Origin: Sporopachydermia quercuum
Lineage: Eukaryota
NCBI GenBank assembly: GCA_001599295.1
Contig: BCGN01000004.1
Coordinates: forward strand, 1,058,138-1,122,137
Direction: 5' to 3'
Length of the DNA stretch: 64,000 nucleotides
Part shown: positions 12,074-24,178 of the stretch, piece by piece
Position numbering within the stretch: the stretch's first letter is position 1
How the letters are laid out: every line of letters begins with the position of its first letter
Made by a program: the position numbers and the translations under genes
The notes under the pieces: model-generated
What the model saw: the letters and a program-made list of their open reading frames with translations, nothing else
The model's database searches: none
Told to the model about the DNA's origin: nothing

Positions 12074-14746
12074 TTTCTTCAAGATTTGGGACAATTGTTA
12101 GACTGTAAAGAGGTTTACTAATTTGTTATCATATGTCCAAATCATAAATCAAAGGTTTTATTTTGAATAAGAACTTGAAAATGTCTATGTAGAAAGTCGA
12201 ATTCTAATTCTTGTGAACCTGGGTTTTATTTATAGTTGGCCATATTCATCCTGAAAAAATGAAAGTCGGAGAAAATGGGGATATGTTGTGGAGAGAACTG
12301 AAAAATTATTAACGGTAGTTGGTATACGTAAGAGCAAGTATGTCTACATGACGTATTGAATTTAAGTTTCGTGACGGTGTGAGTTGGGTTGATCAAGAAT
12401 CAGGAGTATTTAATGAATCCGTATTCTCATCAATATACTCTTGGACCGAATTGATTATTCGTAGACTATTATGTGTGATACAACCCCTGAGAGAAGTCAT
12501 TTTGATGGAGTTAATTTCTTTTGTAAAATATTAAAAGCAAGTCCTTTTCTGCGAGGAGAATGTTAAATGAGTTGTCACAGGGCTCAATTTTTGTATTTTA
12601 TATTGCTATTAGTTTTTCATTGTTCGATACATTTGATTATACCTATATGTACATATAAAAAGTATTTCTTTAACGGCCCTAATTATTGCTTAATATTCAA
12701 AACTTCCTTTGCTGAATCTGATTTTCTTTGAGACTGCTTGTCGTTGTTTTAGCCATCTAACAGCTGTTAACGTTTTGTTCATAGTACTTCAGAGAAATGA
12801 GAAATTCTCATTCAACATAAAACTCTATTTCCCATTTAGTCAAACGAACGAAAACTCCGGATTAATCTGTGCATGTACCTTTCGCACACATGCAGGTTAC
12901 AGGTGGCTCACATTAATGTGCCTGTAGGTCTATGTGGAGAAAAGGTAGAGTTACTCACAGATTACTAAGGAAGCTGTTCACTAATTGATGGTCGGAGAAG
13001 TATTTGTAGAAGTTCTCATTAAAGATGATCCATTGTTAAACTTCCAGTAAGAAGCGAAATGAAGGTTGAGATCCCTTCTTCCAGCAAGGTCGACAAATTT
13101 ATCCGAGACTCGACAAAAAAGTCATAAACCTTATTTGACGAAGAATGCATAATCCAAGGGACAACTAGAGTTGAAGATATGATTACTATGGAATTTTATA
13201 ATAAATATGGAGGCTGTAAATTCAGCTAAAANCTTGTCAGAAGTATTACAGTACACTCTATAAGTTTCGACAATGATATATGTTATAAAAGTGTTGTATA
13301 ACTTGCACTAAACTGNACCATAACCGAAGAAAACATAAATAAAGCAGGACAAACAGAAAGATTCTATCAATCTGTCAAAGAACAGAACTCTTATTTGTGC
13401 ATCTATCAATCGATGTAGTGAACTACGTTCAAATAATCGCAATTAAAGTATTAATAACGGAATGGCTCATCATTGAGTGATTTGGCTGCTTATTATGTAG
13501 CATTTCAACACCAAAGCAGAATTGATTATCAAAGTTTNATTTTGTTATATATCTGGAAGATAAGTCTCAGAAAGTGTGAGCTTTTCGAATTAATTGTTCC
13601 TTTCCATACTGAATGAACAAGCGTAGAAGTTCTTCTGAAACCTCTCGGAATATTTTTCAATAATATTATCCGAAATATCCAGGTTCAGGAATTAGAGTTC
13701 ATATACGGAAACATAAGGTTTTTTGGACCATATATGTAACCCCAGTTGATTGGGGGTAATTGGGGTAAAACAGAATAGTTTGGAAATACTCTGACGAACA
13801 ATAAAGCTGAAATGGAAAAATCAAACTCTAAATCAAACCTTAAATCTAGCTTAGTTTTCTCCGCTAAATTTCAGCAGAATAGTGGAGATTTTCCGGAGAC
13901 AGCGCATCAACTTCGAAGGCTGAAAGGTTTAGCAAATTTACCTGATTAAAGCTGCTGTTGGTGTCATAACTTGTCCCGTCTTTGTTCTTCAATATTTGTA
14001 ATATTATTTTCGAACTAAATATTGGAAAACCATGATTGCTCCTTACCTTCAATAAGTCCAAATGTTGAATGAGTTCTTCAGTTATTCTATCACAAACTTA
14101 AGTTTTTCCGAAGTGGAATTTTTCATTGCATATGCATATCTATTGGTCCCCAGACTTTCAAAAGAAATATTTTGTAGAAGAGAAAGCAACAACTAAAATA
14201 ATTGGGAAAAAAAGATGATGAATAACACAGAAGATGAATCCAACCGTTACAATTCTACCACAAAAGCCAATTCAATAGAACTTAGCTCTTACTAACTCTT
14301 ATTAAGTTATGGTTCTTTGGAGTTCCTTCATTTATGAGATGCTAATTTTTAAGTATGAACCACATTTAACCCCAGATTTGCCTACCTGTTGCTTCATATA
14401 AAAAATATGTATATATGCCTCAGTTCAATCACCAAAAAGACATTCTTGTGGAAAATCAAACCAACAATGTCAGAAACTTTAAATTTTAATTCTAGGCTAA
14501 GTGATATTGTTACATGTCAGAGAATCATCACCAACAATTTCGATAGAACCAACAATTGTAGAGAATGTTCAAAGACAGGCAGATCACAGCTCAGAAGGTG
14601 GGTTCACTCACTTATCACCCACCTTTATCCATGCTTCTAAAACATGAAAAAGATAGCATGGCATCCATAACATTGAGACTTTTGAGGTTATCACATTGAC
14701 AAGGAAACCACAGACGGAGAACATCAATATTTAGTATTATCTGGTC

Positions 14747-16256
14747 ATGTCTAAAGTTGAACTTGACTTCAGGAACACCAATCTTGCTCCTAAGGCTAAG
14801 CATTCCAAGGAGCAAAAAGAATCTCTTAAGAAGTTTGTATTTTATACCCCAAAGATTTTTGGAGTTGAGAAAATTGATTACAAAGGTTTCAATCTGAATG
14901 ATATATACTTGGCAGGCTCAAATCCCAATAGTCCACCGAAATCGACATCACAGTTACTTTCTTTTCATATCCGCAGAATCTTATTGGAAACTCTGCATGA
15001 GTGGGCCTCTTTCTATATAATGGTGAAATCAATATTCATTGATATCAGAACTCTTCTGATCTATATATATTGGCTTGTGATTGACTTCCTAAGAATAGAC
15101 AATATCACAGCTGTACAATCTATTGGACTTACAAGACCACTAATAAATAACCCTTTGATTGAAATTGAAATTGGTGATTCACTTAGAAAGAGGGAAATTG
15201 TATCTTCTTTAAGTTTGAAATCATTGTACCTGCCTAAGCATCTCAGCGACTTACTTGCCATCAGAACTATTCCTCCTTCAATTGCTCTACTACTGGAGAA
15301 GAAGAAATTTCTCGAAACCCCACCACCGCCCGTTCCGGCTCCATATCTTGGAGCAGACAAACTGATGAAGTATCCCAGTGAAAATGAAATATCTCTTGCT
15401 AGAAAGAAAGTAGACAGATTCGTCAATCGCTATCTTGCACATAAAGCAAATGAAGATTCACGTATTCTACGACAGGCATCTCAGTTCATTATTTGGACAA
15501 CAATATTAGTCAATGGTCCTCTTGAATACATATTATCAGATAAACGCGTAGCAGAATTAACTATATTTGAAAAATCTGGGGCTGTTTGGAAAAATCTGAT
15601 CAAACTCATTTCAGAAATCAGATTACAACTAAAAGATTTGTATGGCGATGAAGAACAAATATTACCAGGGATAAAGAAGCCCACTGTTAGTTTTTATGTT
15701 CCAAATACTACAAAAAGCGTCTCAGTTGATTTCAGCAAACCATATTTAACTATTGTTGAAAATCTTGAAACCAGATTGAACAAAGATATTTCTCTTCGAG
15801 TTACGTTATTAAGTGAGGAAGATACGAAGTTTGTAAGCGACTTGACCCAAAATTATTATGTCAAACTAACCTCTTCTTTTCTGGATATGGAACAAATTAA
15901 TTCAACCAGAGTTGATAGTGATATACGTGGTAAGTCATCAAGCTGCAATGATTAGGAAAATAAGACAAACAATGTTCTGAAATATTACTAACTGATTACT
16001 ACAAGAGTATTTCAAACAGGAAGCACAACTAGCGGTTAGTGCTGACATTTATCACCCCCAATTAAAGTCTTTTCCCAGCTTGAGCTTAGGAGCTAATTGC
16101 GAATTCTTGTATGTATAATAGATGGTGATGCTATAGTTTCTGCGAGTCTTGATTGACAATTAACTGACCAGTTCTAGCTTTCAAAAATCATACTTTGGCC
16201 CACATTTTCTCTTACAAGCATTGGATTATTACTCAAAAACAGTTGAGGATGAGTGA
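14747..16256 (+). CDS. Divergent Nus1/NgBR-like cis-prenyltransferase subunit, 3 exons (14747-15929, 16006-16108, 16178-16256), ~454 aa
   Basis: Blocks IRTIPPSIALLLE, ILRQASQFIIWT, LTIFEKSGAVWKN, LRVTLLSEEDTK.VSDLT and INSTRVDSDI align by eye to yeast Nus1. Introns are GTAAGT..TACTAAC..AAG and GTATGT..AACTGAC..TAG. They restore a Nus1-like tail, LKSFPSLSLG..EF....FLLQALDYYS. The 5' end is uncertain. Confidence 0.72.
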
Positions 16257-16361
16257 CTTATTTTCTACAAGAAACGCTTCCTCGACCAATAAACCATGCT
16301 TCATATACATAGTTGCTATAGTTCGAATTAAATACACATTAAACCATTATATCAACGTAAC

Positions 16362-16865
16362 TTACAATGCAGCTAAAACAGCGTCAACACCAGAAACACT
16401 AACATCTCCAGCAGGTTCCTTTTCAGCGTAAATAACTTTACCATCATCAGCAATTAAAGCATATCTGGCGGTTCTAATACCCAATCCTTTTGAAGTCAAA
16501 TCTAAAGTCCAGGACAGAGAAGAAGAAAATTCAGCATTAGGGTCGGAAGCGAAGATAATGTTTTCATCAGCAGCTCCTAAGGCTTTTCCCCAAGCACTTA
16601 GAACAAATGGATCATTGGCACTAAGAACTATCAAATAGTCAACTCCCTTTTTCTTCAATTCAGGCCACTTAGACAAAAATGGGGGAATATGATTAGCAGT
16701 ACATGTTGGAGTGAATGCACCTGGAACTGAGACAACAACAACCTTACGAGACTTGAAAACATTGTCATATTTCACAGGAACGGGAATTCCACAAGTTAAA
16801 ACCTCAGCATCCTTTTGATAAGGAATGTAAGTGAGCTTGATATCAGTAGGGATATTGGAGGTCAT
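16362..16865 (-). CDS. AHP1: Peroxiredoxin, Prx5/Ahp1/Pmp20 subfamily
   Basis: VPGAFTPTC (peroxidatic Cys), NDPFV.SAWG, RTARYALI and an N-terminal TCG Cys. Confidence 0.93.
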   Translation of the reverse strand: MTSNIPTDIKLTYIPYQKDAEVLTCGIPVPVKYDNVFKSRKVVVVSVPGAFTPTCTANHIPPFLSKWPELKKKGVDYLIVLSANDPFVLSAWGKALGAADENIIFASDPNAEFSSSLSWTLDLTSKGLGIRTARYALIADDGKVIYAEKEPAGDVSVSGVDAVLAAL

Positions 16866-17983
16866 TGTGAGATAGTATGAATTGTTTCTTCTTGTTGCTT
16901 ACCGAGTAATTATCCTTTAAAAATTTCAATGTAATTCTTTTCTCAATCAGTTATCTTCGACTAAATAATCAAAATATTATACTCAAATGTATCATGCATG
17001 TAACAAGCAGCAATGAAACAAACTTTCAAGAACGAATAATGACAATTGAGGAGCTTTATATACTCTTTATTTAATTTCAAGTCTTTCTAACTAATAACCC
17101 TTTTGAAATTGAGTTTATCTTACCTGTCTCATTTCAGAGGTCCTTCAATGCATAGATGCGCCACCAGTAATCTTTCAATATGATGTCTAGATTTTAAGGG
17201 ATTGTCAGTTTCGTTAGCTTGTAAACCTGGGAAATGTATTAAAAGTGTTAACTAAAAAATAAATACCAGTTATTTAAGGATCAAAGTGGCTGTTGGTATT
17301 CTTTTTAGGATGATAGAGTGGAGCTCTTGCGGGGAGCTTTGTTGTAACAGCATAATGGTAAAGACCGTATGGCCATTGAGTTCATAGTTCCTCGCTATTC
17401 GTGCATAATGAAACAATGACTGCAAATGATGATGTCAGAAGGGGTTTTTGTTAAAAGTTTATTGGCTTCTACCATTGAAAAAAGATTCTGGCATACAAAA
17501 ATCATTATAGAATTACAGTTATGGTTTGTGATTATTTGTTTGAAGTGAAGTCCATTTAACACGTATATAAGATTGCACTAAAGGAAAATAAAGCAAATTT
17601 GATGATGAATGATTTAGTAACAATGTGATTAGTACGTGCAGACCCAACTCAATATGTGGCTGTTTTCTATGGAACTTGTATTAACTTCAAATAAAATAGC
17701 AGCTTTATCATGAATACGATCATAAATCTAGCCCTTTTAAGAGGACTTTCGAGTATAAACTTATATTGGAGTTCTCTGATTGTAGAATGGTCAGCTCAAG
17801 TGTCCAGTGATATTGTGTGCTAAGACAGATTCCTTCACAGAATGATAATTTGAAAAATGAGTTGTATTGACCAGTGACTCTTTGCTGATACAGAAGTGTA
17901 TCCAAAATATTATTATTATTNTTATTATTGCTATTAATAGTGCATATACCCCTTACACAACATACAACTTTATAGAAACCTTA

Positions 17984-19258
17984 TCAAAAGCCTTCAGTGT
18001 ATTCATTGTCGAGTCTACTAAGGCTATCAACAACTTTCCAATCAACAGAGTTCAAATCAGACTCTGCATCACTGTCATCATAATGACATCTTTGTTGACT
18101 CAATGGAGAACCGTTAGTTTTATTTTCAATAGCTCCAATAGTGTTTTTGGTTTCTCCACCTTGTAACTCTGCATTAATTTCATTGATTCCAGCTTTCAGA
18201 TCTTCAGTAAAGATTCGGAAATTTTCGTTCAGATCATTNACAACTTTACGTCCTTTCTGAATAAAATTCTCTCCAAACTTCTTACTATTAGTTAAAGACA
18301 TCTGTTTTCGGCTAGGTGAACGATTTAATAGGGACGTGAGAGAAGGAGGTTTTTTTAATGTTCTCTTCTCATTGTCTATCCCTAGAGATTTGTTCAGTCT
18401 TGTTGAATTTCTGTGCTTTACATTAGGGCTTTTTTCTTGACAACCACCATTGTCAGCACCAGGAAGAAATGGAGACATATGAGAATTTCTCCTTTTGTTG
18501 GCCTTCTTACTTTTCGAGTACTCCCCAGTACTTGTAGTACTAGGGAGTTGAATTTGTAAAGCGCAGTTTTGTTTAAGCTCTGCAAGCTCTTTTTCAGCCA
18601 ATGCTAATTTCTCTTTTAAATCTAGAACCTCTCTCTGTTTAGCAGCTAAACGAAACATATAGTCACTCTCTTGGTCAACCACTTCCAATTTTTTGCTGGG
18701 GTCTTGTCCCGATGAATTGTGGTCTCCTTTTTCTCCTGAGAAATCTAACTTATTAGGAGAAGTTGGGGTAGACAATGACAAGGACGAAAAATCAATCTTA
18801 ATTCCTTTTGCCGGGGAACTTTGTCTTCTAGATGAGTTTTTATATTTTGGGGACAAAGACAAATCATTATTGGTTTCAAAGTATCTTGGTGATCTTTCTG
18901 AATTCTGTTCGAGGTAAGCTTTAGGATCTTCCAATGACGACTTTTGTATCAAAGATAGTCTAACAAGACCTGATGTTTTAGAAACAACTCTTTTACTGGG
19001 TGACAATGGTGGCTTTGAGACTTTCTCTGATCTCTTTTTCAAGTTAATAGGTGACTTCATATTATTGATAGTTAAGCCTTTATTTGACCTACTAGAAATT
19101 TCTGATTGTTCATTGTCAAGCCTTTTCGTCTCCTTAAGATCTTCTATCGGCAGCACCTCATAGTTCTTATTTAAAGAATAGCGTTTTGAGTGTGTTTTGA
19201 ACTTTGGTCTGTAGGCGTTTTCAGCCAAAGGTTCCACGTTTTCTTTCTCAACGCCCAT
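17984..19258 (-). CDS. Low-complexity coiled-coil protein, Acf4/Tda11-like
   Basis: DYMFRLAAKQREVLDLKEKLALAEKELAELK resembles the recalled Acf4 coiled coil. The gene lies divergent from CSN12, as ACF4/YJR083C does from YJR084W. Confidence 0.55.
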   Translation of the reverse strand: MGVEKENVEPLAENAYRPKFKTHSKRYSLNKNYEVLPIEDLKETKRLDNEQSEISSRSNKGLTINNMKSPINLKKRSEKVSKPPLSPSKRVVSKTSGLVRLSLIQKSSLEDPKAYLEQNSERSPRYFETNNDLSLSPKYKNSSRRQSSPAKGIKIDFSSLSLSTPTSPNKLDFSGEKGDHNSSGQDPSKKLEVVDQESDYMFRLAAKQREVLDLKEKLALAEKELAELKQNCALQIQLPSTTSTGEYSKSKKANKRRNSHMSPFLPGADNGGCQEKSPNVKHRNSTRLNKSLGIDNEKRTLKKPPSLTSLLNRSPSRKQMSLTNSKKFGENFIQKGRKVXNDLNENFRIFTEDLKAGINEINAELQGGETKNTIGAIENKTNGSPLSQQRCHYDDSDAESDLNSVDWKVVDSLSRLDNEYTEGF

Positions 19259-19911
19259 AATAGCTTTAGATCTACCAAAATTATTCGATTACTTGATTCT
19301 GTTATCCTCAATCAAGTCAAGTAGTCCTATATGAGAGGTTGATTCCTGCTCAAGTTAGACCTCCATATAGTCCAATGTGATTGAATCAACTTCTATAAAC
19401 TACTTGTTTCAAACTAAATCCTTGTTGAAAATGTTGTGAGATAGTAAAAAGCTAATCTCTTTAGTAGTTCCTTGTTTAGTATTTGAGTATAACAGATCAA
19501 TGGAACATCAAGTAGTCAAGCAATGACATTCTCTATCTGCCTTGAAACACGAAATCAATTACATGTCCAAATTAGGCATGGAAATAACAGAAGTGCCTCG
19601 CCTCTAGTGGTACTAGCAGAAGAGAAATATACGAGATTCTACACGCATAATGATGTAAATTTCTGCAAGTAAAGCACAATAAAAAGGAAATAAATAAAAC
19701 CCTATTATGGGACATTGAATTTCCTTGCTTTCCTGGTTAAATGTGAATTTGAATTAGTTGTAACTTGATGCTCAATAATTGTGATTGTTCGATCGATAAA
19801 GAGAGAACGATAAGTAATTGTCAGTATGAGTACCTGAAATTCCACTCTTTATACAATGGTAGTTTACAATGATAGATTATATTTGTGACTATAGAAGCTA
19901 GATATTGAGAA

Positions 19912-21314
19912 ATGAAAGATTATATAAGAGAACTTACAAGCTCTGTGCGATTGCAAGATGGCGCCCAAGTTGCTAAACTGCTATCAATCACTCGATTAGA
20001 TTTGATCGACTATGCTAATTCTTATACATCTCCAGAAATTCTGCAACAGGACATTGAGAATCGAATCAAGGATAGTTTCTGGGGTGCAGCAGCATATGCC
20101 CATTGGAAAGTAGCTGTGGAGGTGACACTTAACCAAGATTTAAATGCTGCCTATTCTGCACAGAACGAACTGCTGATGTGAGTTATACGCAAAGAAGACC
20201 GAACGGGATATCATGGAATTCTACTAACCTTGTTTTACTTAGAGCTTTAAATCGTATTGCTGAGAGAACGGATAATTGGATTCTTTCAGCATTATATTTG
20301 GTAGCCAAAGAATTGAGATGTCTGGCCATCATGGCTTATTCACAGGCTAAAGTTACACAAGAAAAGAAATTAGAACTTGATTCAAAAATCGATGATTCCT
20401 CCAGGACAATAAATAGAACATTTGTACTATGCATGAATGATAGGAATCCCGACATGTCTACCTCGAGGAAATGGGGAACTTATTTCTTTGTTGGTGAGCT
20501 ATTTAAGATATATTTCCGAGTATGTAATGTGCTGCATGATCTGATAATTATGACGAAAGGATGACCATGAGTTTATAGTAAAAGTGAAGGACCACTGTTG
20601 GTTACTAACATCGAACTCTAGTTGAATAAACGAGCTGCAGCCAAAGGAGTACTAAAGGTGCTGAAGCCAATTGCAAGCCAAAATTTACTTCCATCGCTAG
20701 ATGATTTTGCTCGAAGTCATTCCTGCACTTACTATTATTATGTTGGTGTTTTGGATCTGATAGAGGAGAACTATGCAAGAGCCGAGAATGAATTAGTAAA
20801 GGCATTCGATATGTGTTTAGCTAAGGCATCGAAGAATGTGGAATTGATATTATTTAACTTAATTATTGTTCGGTTCTTAAATAGACTGATTACACCCAGT
20901 GAGAGTCTCTACAATAGGTATGGGAGATTGCGTACTGTATATAAACCTATTTTTGATGCAGCCAAGCAAGGAAATTTGATCCTCTTTAATAAAGCAGTGG
21001 CGGAAAGAGAATCATTTTTTGTGAAGAAGTACTTGTATTTGACAGTTCTTCGTATAAGGAGCTATGTAATTCTAAGACTTTTTCGCCGTGTTCATCAGAT
21101 ACTTGGCAAACCGACTCGCGTACCTGTGGAGTCATTTCAAAAAGCTCTAGAATTACAAGATTGTTCTACCAGTCTAGACGAGACAGAATGCTATTTAGCA
21201 GGTTTTATCTTTCACGGCCAAATGAAGGGTTACATATCAAGAGAACATAAGATAGTGGTTCTTAGCAACAAGGAGCCTTTTCCGAAACTATCAAAACCTC
21301 TTCAACATAAATAA
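19912..21314 (+). CDS. CSN12: PCI-domain protein Csn12/PCID2-like, 3 exons (19912-20177, 20243-20519, 20622-21314)
   Basis: Three ORF-track fragments join in frame via GTGAGT..TACTAAC..TAG and GTATGT..TACTAAC..TAG introns. Motifs SRKWGTY, LFKIYF, YYYYVG and KGYISREH.IVVLS...PFP. Confidence 0.92.
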
Positions 21315-21666
21315 TATGTACCAATAATACTTCAATATTTATAACACTAAATCAAGATTCATATACTTAGGTTACATGTCATAACTACTTTTTATTTATT
21401 CATTTTTTGTTTTTGCCTCGAGCCTTTCATTGATATATACATCTTCTTTATAAGAGTGCAAGATCACATGATCTAAAAAGTCATTTCATCGCCAGGTCAT
21501 ATGATCTAGCACATTTCAGAACATCAAAAGTATAATATCATCCTATTGTTAACCCCTAAGTTATAAAGAAAATAGATCTCAAGTGCATGTCCATGATATT
21601 TCGTTCGAGAATTGACGGAACGATAAAGAGGGTTATATACGGAATACCATCATAAATATTGATAGA

Positions 21667-22323
21667 ATGATCTCCAAAGCTCTGGATGTTGTGAAAAATG
21701 TCTATATCACGTTTGATACAACTGTGGAAGACTATCTCCAAGGCCATTGGGCTTTGAATGTACATGGGGCTAATCCTTTAGGTAGAGCTTTAACAGTACT
21801 TACAATAGTCGCTACTACAATAATTTTGTTTCATGGATTACTTGTGAAAGTATTAGTGAAACTACGGATAATTGATAGTCATCTCGATCCTTATGATGCC
21901 TTACCTGTTCATTGCGCTCATCTATATGTAAAAGTATGTGTGATGAATCCAACAGCGCCAGATCCCTTAGATTACTACCCAGGTTATGTTCTTAAGTTCC
22001 ATTTGGAATTTGGACCTGAGGATTTTGAGCATGAGAAGCAAGCCGAACTTGGACCGACAGCTGGTCATTTGCGAAAGAAGCTAGCTGAAATGATTTCTGA
22101 AGCAATGGTGAAAGTTGCGAAATCAGGAATAATGAAGAAAGATAAAGTATCTACATGGAGACTATATAAACCAGTTGGTGATCTAGAATTGAAACCGCAG
22201 AATCTTGCCCTTTTTAACAAAAAGAAACTATTGATTGACAAAGATGATCAACCGTTATGCCTACAAGGAGTTGAAACGGGACATACTGTGGTTTGCGTTA
22301 TCAAGTCACCAGATGAAGAATGA
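21667..22323 (+). CDS. Uncharacterised single-pass membrane protein with possible ubiquitin-like C-terminal domain
   Basis: 218-aa ORF with an ATG start and one hydrophobic helix (ALTVLTIVATTIILFHGLLV). C-terminus LIDKDDQPLCLQGVETGHTVVCVI resembles a beta-grasp end. Confidence 0.7.
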   Translation: MISKALDVVKNVYITFDTTVEDYLQGHWALNVHGANPLGRALTVLTIVATTIILFHGLLVKVLVKLRIIDSHLDPYDALPVHCAHLYVKVCVMNPTAPDPLDYYPGYVLKFHLEFGPEDFEHEKQAELGPTAGHLRKKLAEMISEAMVKVAKSGIMKKDKVSTWRLYKPVGDLELKPQNLALFNKKKLLIDKDDQPLCLQGVETGHTVVCVIKSPDEE

Positions 22324-22566
22324 GCAATGAGAGTAGGCTCAAGTTCATTTTTGCTCGATAGCTCAATAATGGATTGAATATGAATGAAAAGATTGAGTAT
22401 CCGTACTTATAGAGCACCTAAATCGGTAAATGTACTGGTAAAATAGAAAAAAGCTAAGTTCTGTTATACTGAAATATAGCCCAAAATTTTATTGTGTGAA
22501 TAAAACNTCTTATTCCCCCTTTAACTTTTTCAGAAATTATAATTGTTGATATATTGAATGAACCGA

Positions 22567-23402
22567 TCAACACAGTTGATCTTTAGTTAACTTGGGAAAG
22601 TCCACTTTTTCACCCAAAGTCTTTTCACCCCATACCCATACTTTAATTAGTTTTTTTATATTTGCCTCTATTTTGCTGCCTCTACCGTGAGGAAAATCGC
22701 TGTGCGAGGCCAACAATGCTTGGTTCACTTCATCTGCAACTTTCCTTCTCAAACTCAATCCCAAAAGCTCTTTCAACTGAGGAACGAGTAAATCTTTCGG
22801 AAAGCATAACAATGCAATAGTCAACTCCAGCTCATTCAAGTAACCAGGATCTGTTAACGCTCTTTTAGCGAGATGAGTCTGGGAAAATTCTAGAGCCTCT
22901 TGAACTATACGCTTATTATCTTCAGCCGAGAGATTAGAATTTACGAACAATTCCCGAATCAGTTCAATCAGTTGGAGTCTTAATAGAGTAAAATGTAGCC
23001 TAGAATTAGTATCTAGTAATTCAGGATCCAGATCGATTATCATTTCAATGGCCAAGTCAATCTTGCCAGAATAAATAGCACTCTTAATTTTCAGCCTCTC
23101 ATTTATAGAATCATAACCCGTCAAAGTTGCTGGTGAGAATGAGTACGTATCATTCCTAGCGGATTGTAGCATTCCCGTTTCCTGTGCAAACCTAGAAGCA
23201 GTACCAGGATAACCTTCTAAGATTAAATAATTCATAATCAGTGAATTTACATCGCTATAAACAGAGATGTTAGATACCATTTACTACACAAACCCATAAA
23301 AGCTCTAAGCCCTACTACTTACATTTTAGAGATTCGACATTTGCTGGTTTGCTCCGACCATTGCCTTTCAGAGTATTTCGATTCAATTGCCGAAGAGGTC
23401 AT
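22567..23402 (-). CDS. GID8: GID/CTLH complex subunit 8 (LisH-CTLH-CRA), 2 exons (23402-23323, 23254-22567)
   Basis: DVNSLIMNYLILEGY (LisH), LHFTLLRLQLIELIR and RRKVADEVN. The 68-nt intron GTAAGT..TCTAAC..TAG gives MTSSAIESKYSERQWSEQTSKCRISKIDVN. Confidence 0.92.
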
Positions 23403-24178
23403 TATGATAATACCCTTATCTTGTTGCTATCTGCTGACGTACTTGAGCCTAATTGTTTGTACCTGCTAAATATCAAACAATCAAATTGCTGATCCTCCGA
23501 AATATCTTATCCTGAAAGTAGTATACAAGAACTTTCCTAAAATGATGTAATGTTTAGACTATAGCAACCAACAAGAAGGAAGCCATTTATTATTGATAGC
23601 ACTAAGTAAAGGAGGCACAAAACATTCTCATTCTCATAAGAGAGTAACACTATCAATGCCGTTATTTGATTACGTGAAAATAAAAGAATAATGCAATTGT
23701 TGTCCTATTACCCATGCGCTTAGGTCTTGTAGCCAGTTCCGTATTTACCCCCTGGAATGGTAGTATGGTAGTAATAACTGTTATTACGAAGATATCAGTT
23801 CATATTGATTTCTGTTTGATAATTGATGAAGAAGAAAGGCAATAACTAGACACCTGAATCATGAAGTATACTGCAGCGGATCCACATACTGAACGAGGGG
23901 ACATATCCTAGCGAACATGTCAAACCAAGTGACCTTCAGGTACCTACAAACTTATCAAAAGATTCAAATAACCAAGTATTATTATATNATTACGCTATTT
24001 AATAAAAGAATAAGTATGCTCATATCCCATATTATTTTAGAAACCGTACCGCCAGTACCAGTAAGCAAACCAATAAAAACCATTAGTAATATACAATAAA
24101 AAACAGAATGAAAGTGAGAATAAGGAACAAAAATAATGACTAAAATCTCCAATTCATGCAATGGGAACATTGTAAATA

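Noticed and set aside
12960..14200. Coding-like composition suggesting a decayed gene or transposon remnant
   Set aside because: Stops in all frames and no recognisable domain, LTR, TIR or target-site duplication; BLASTX would be needed.
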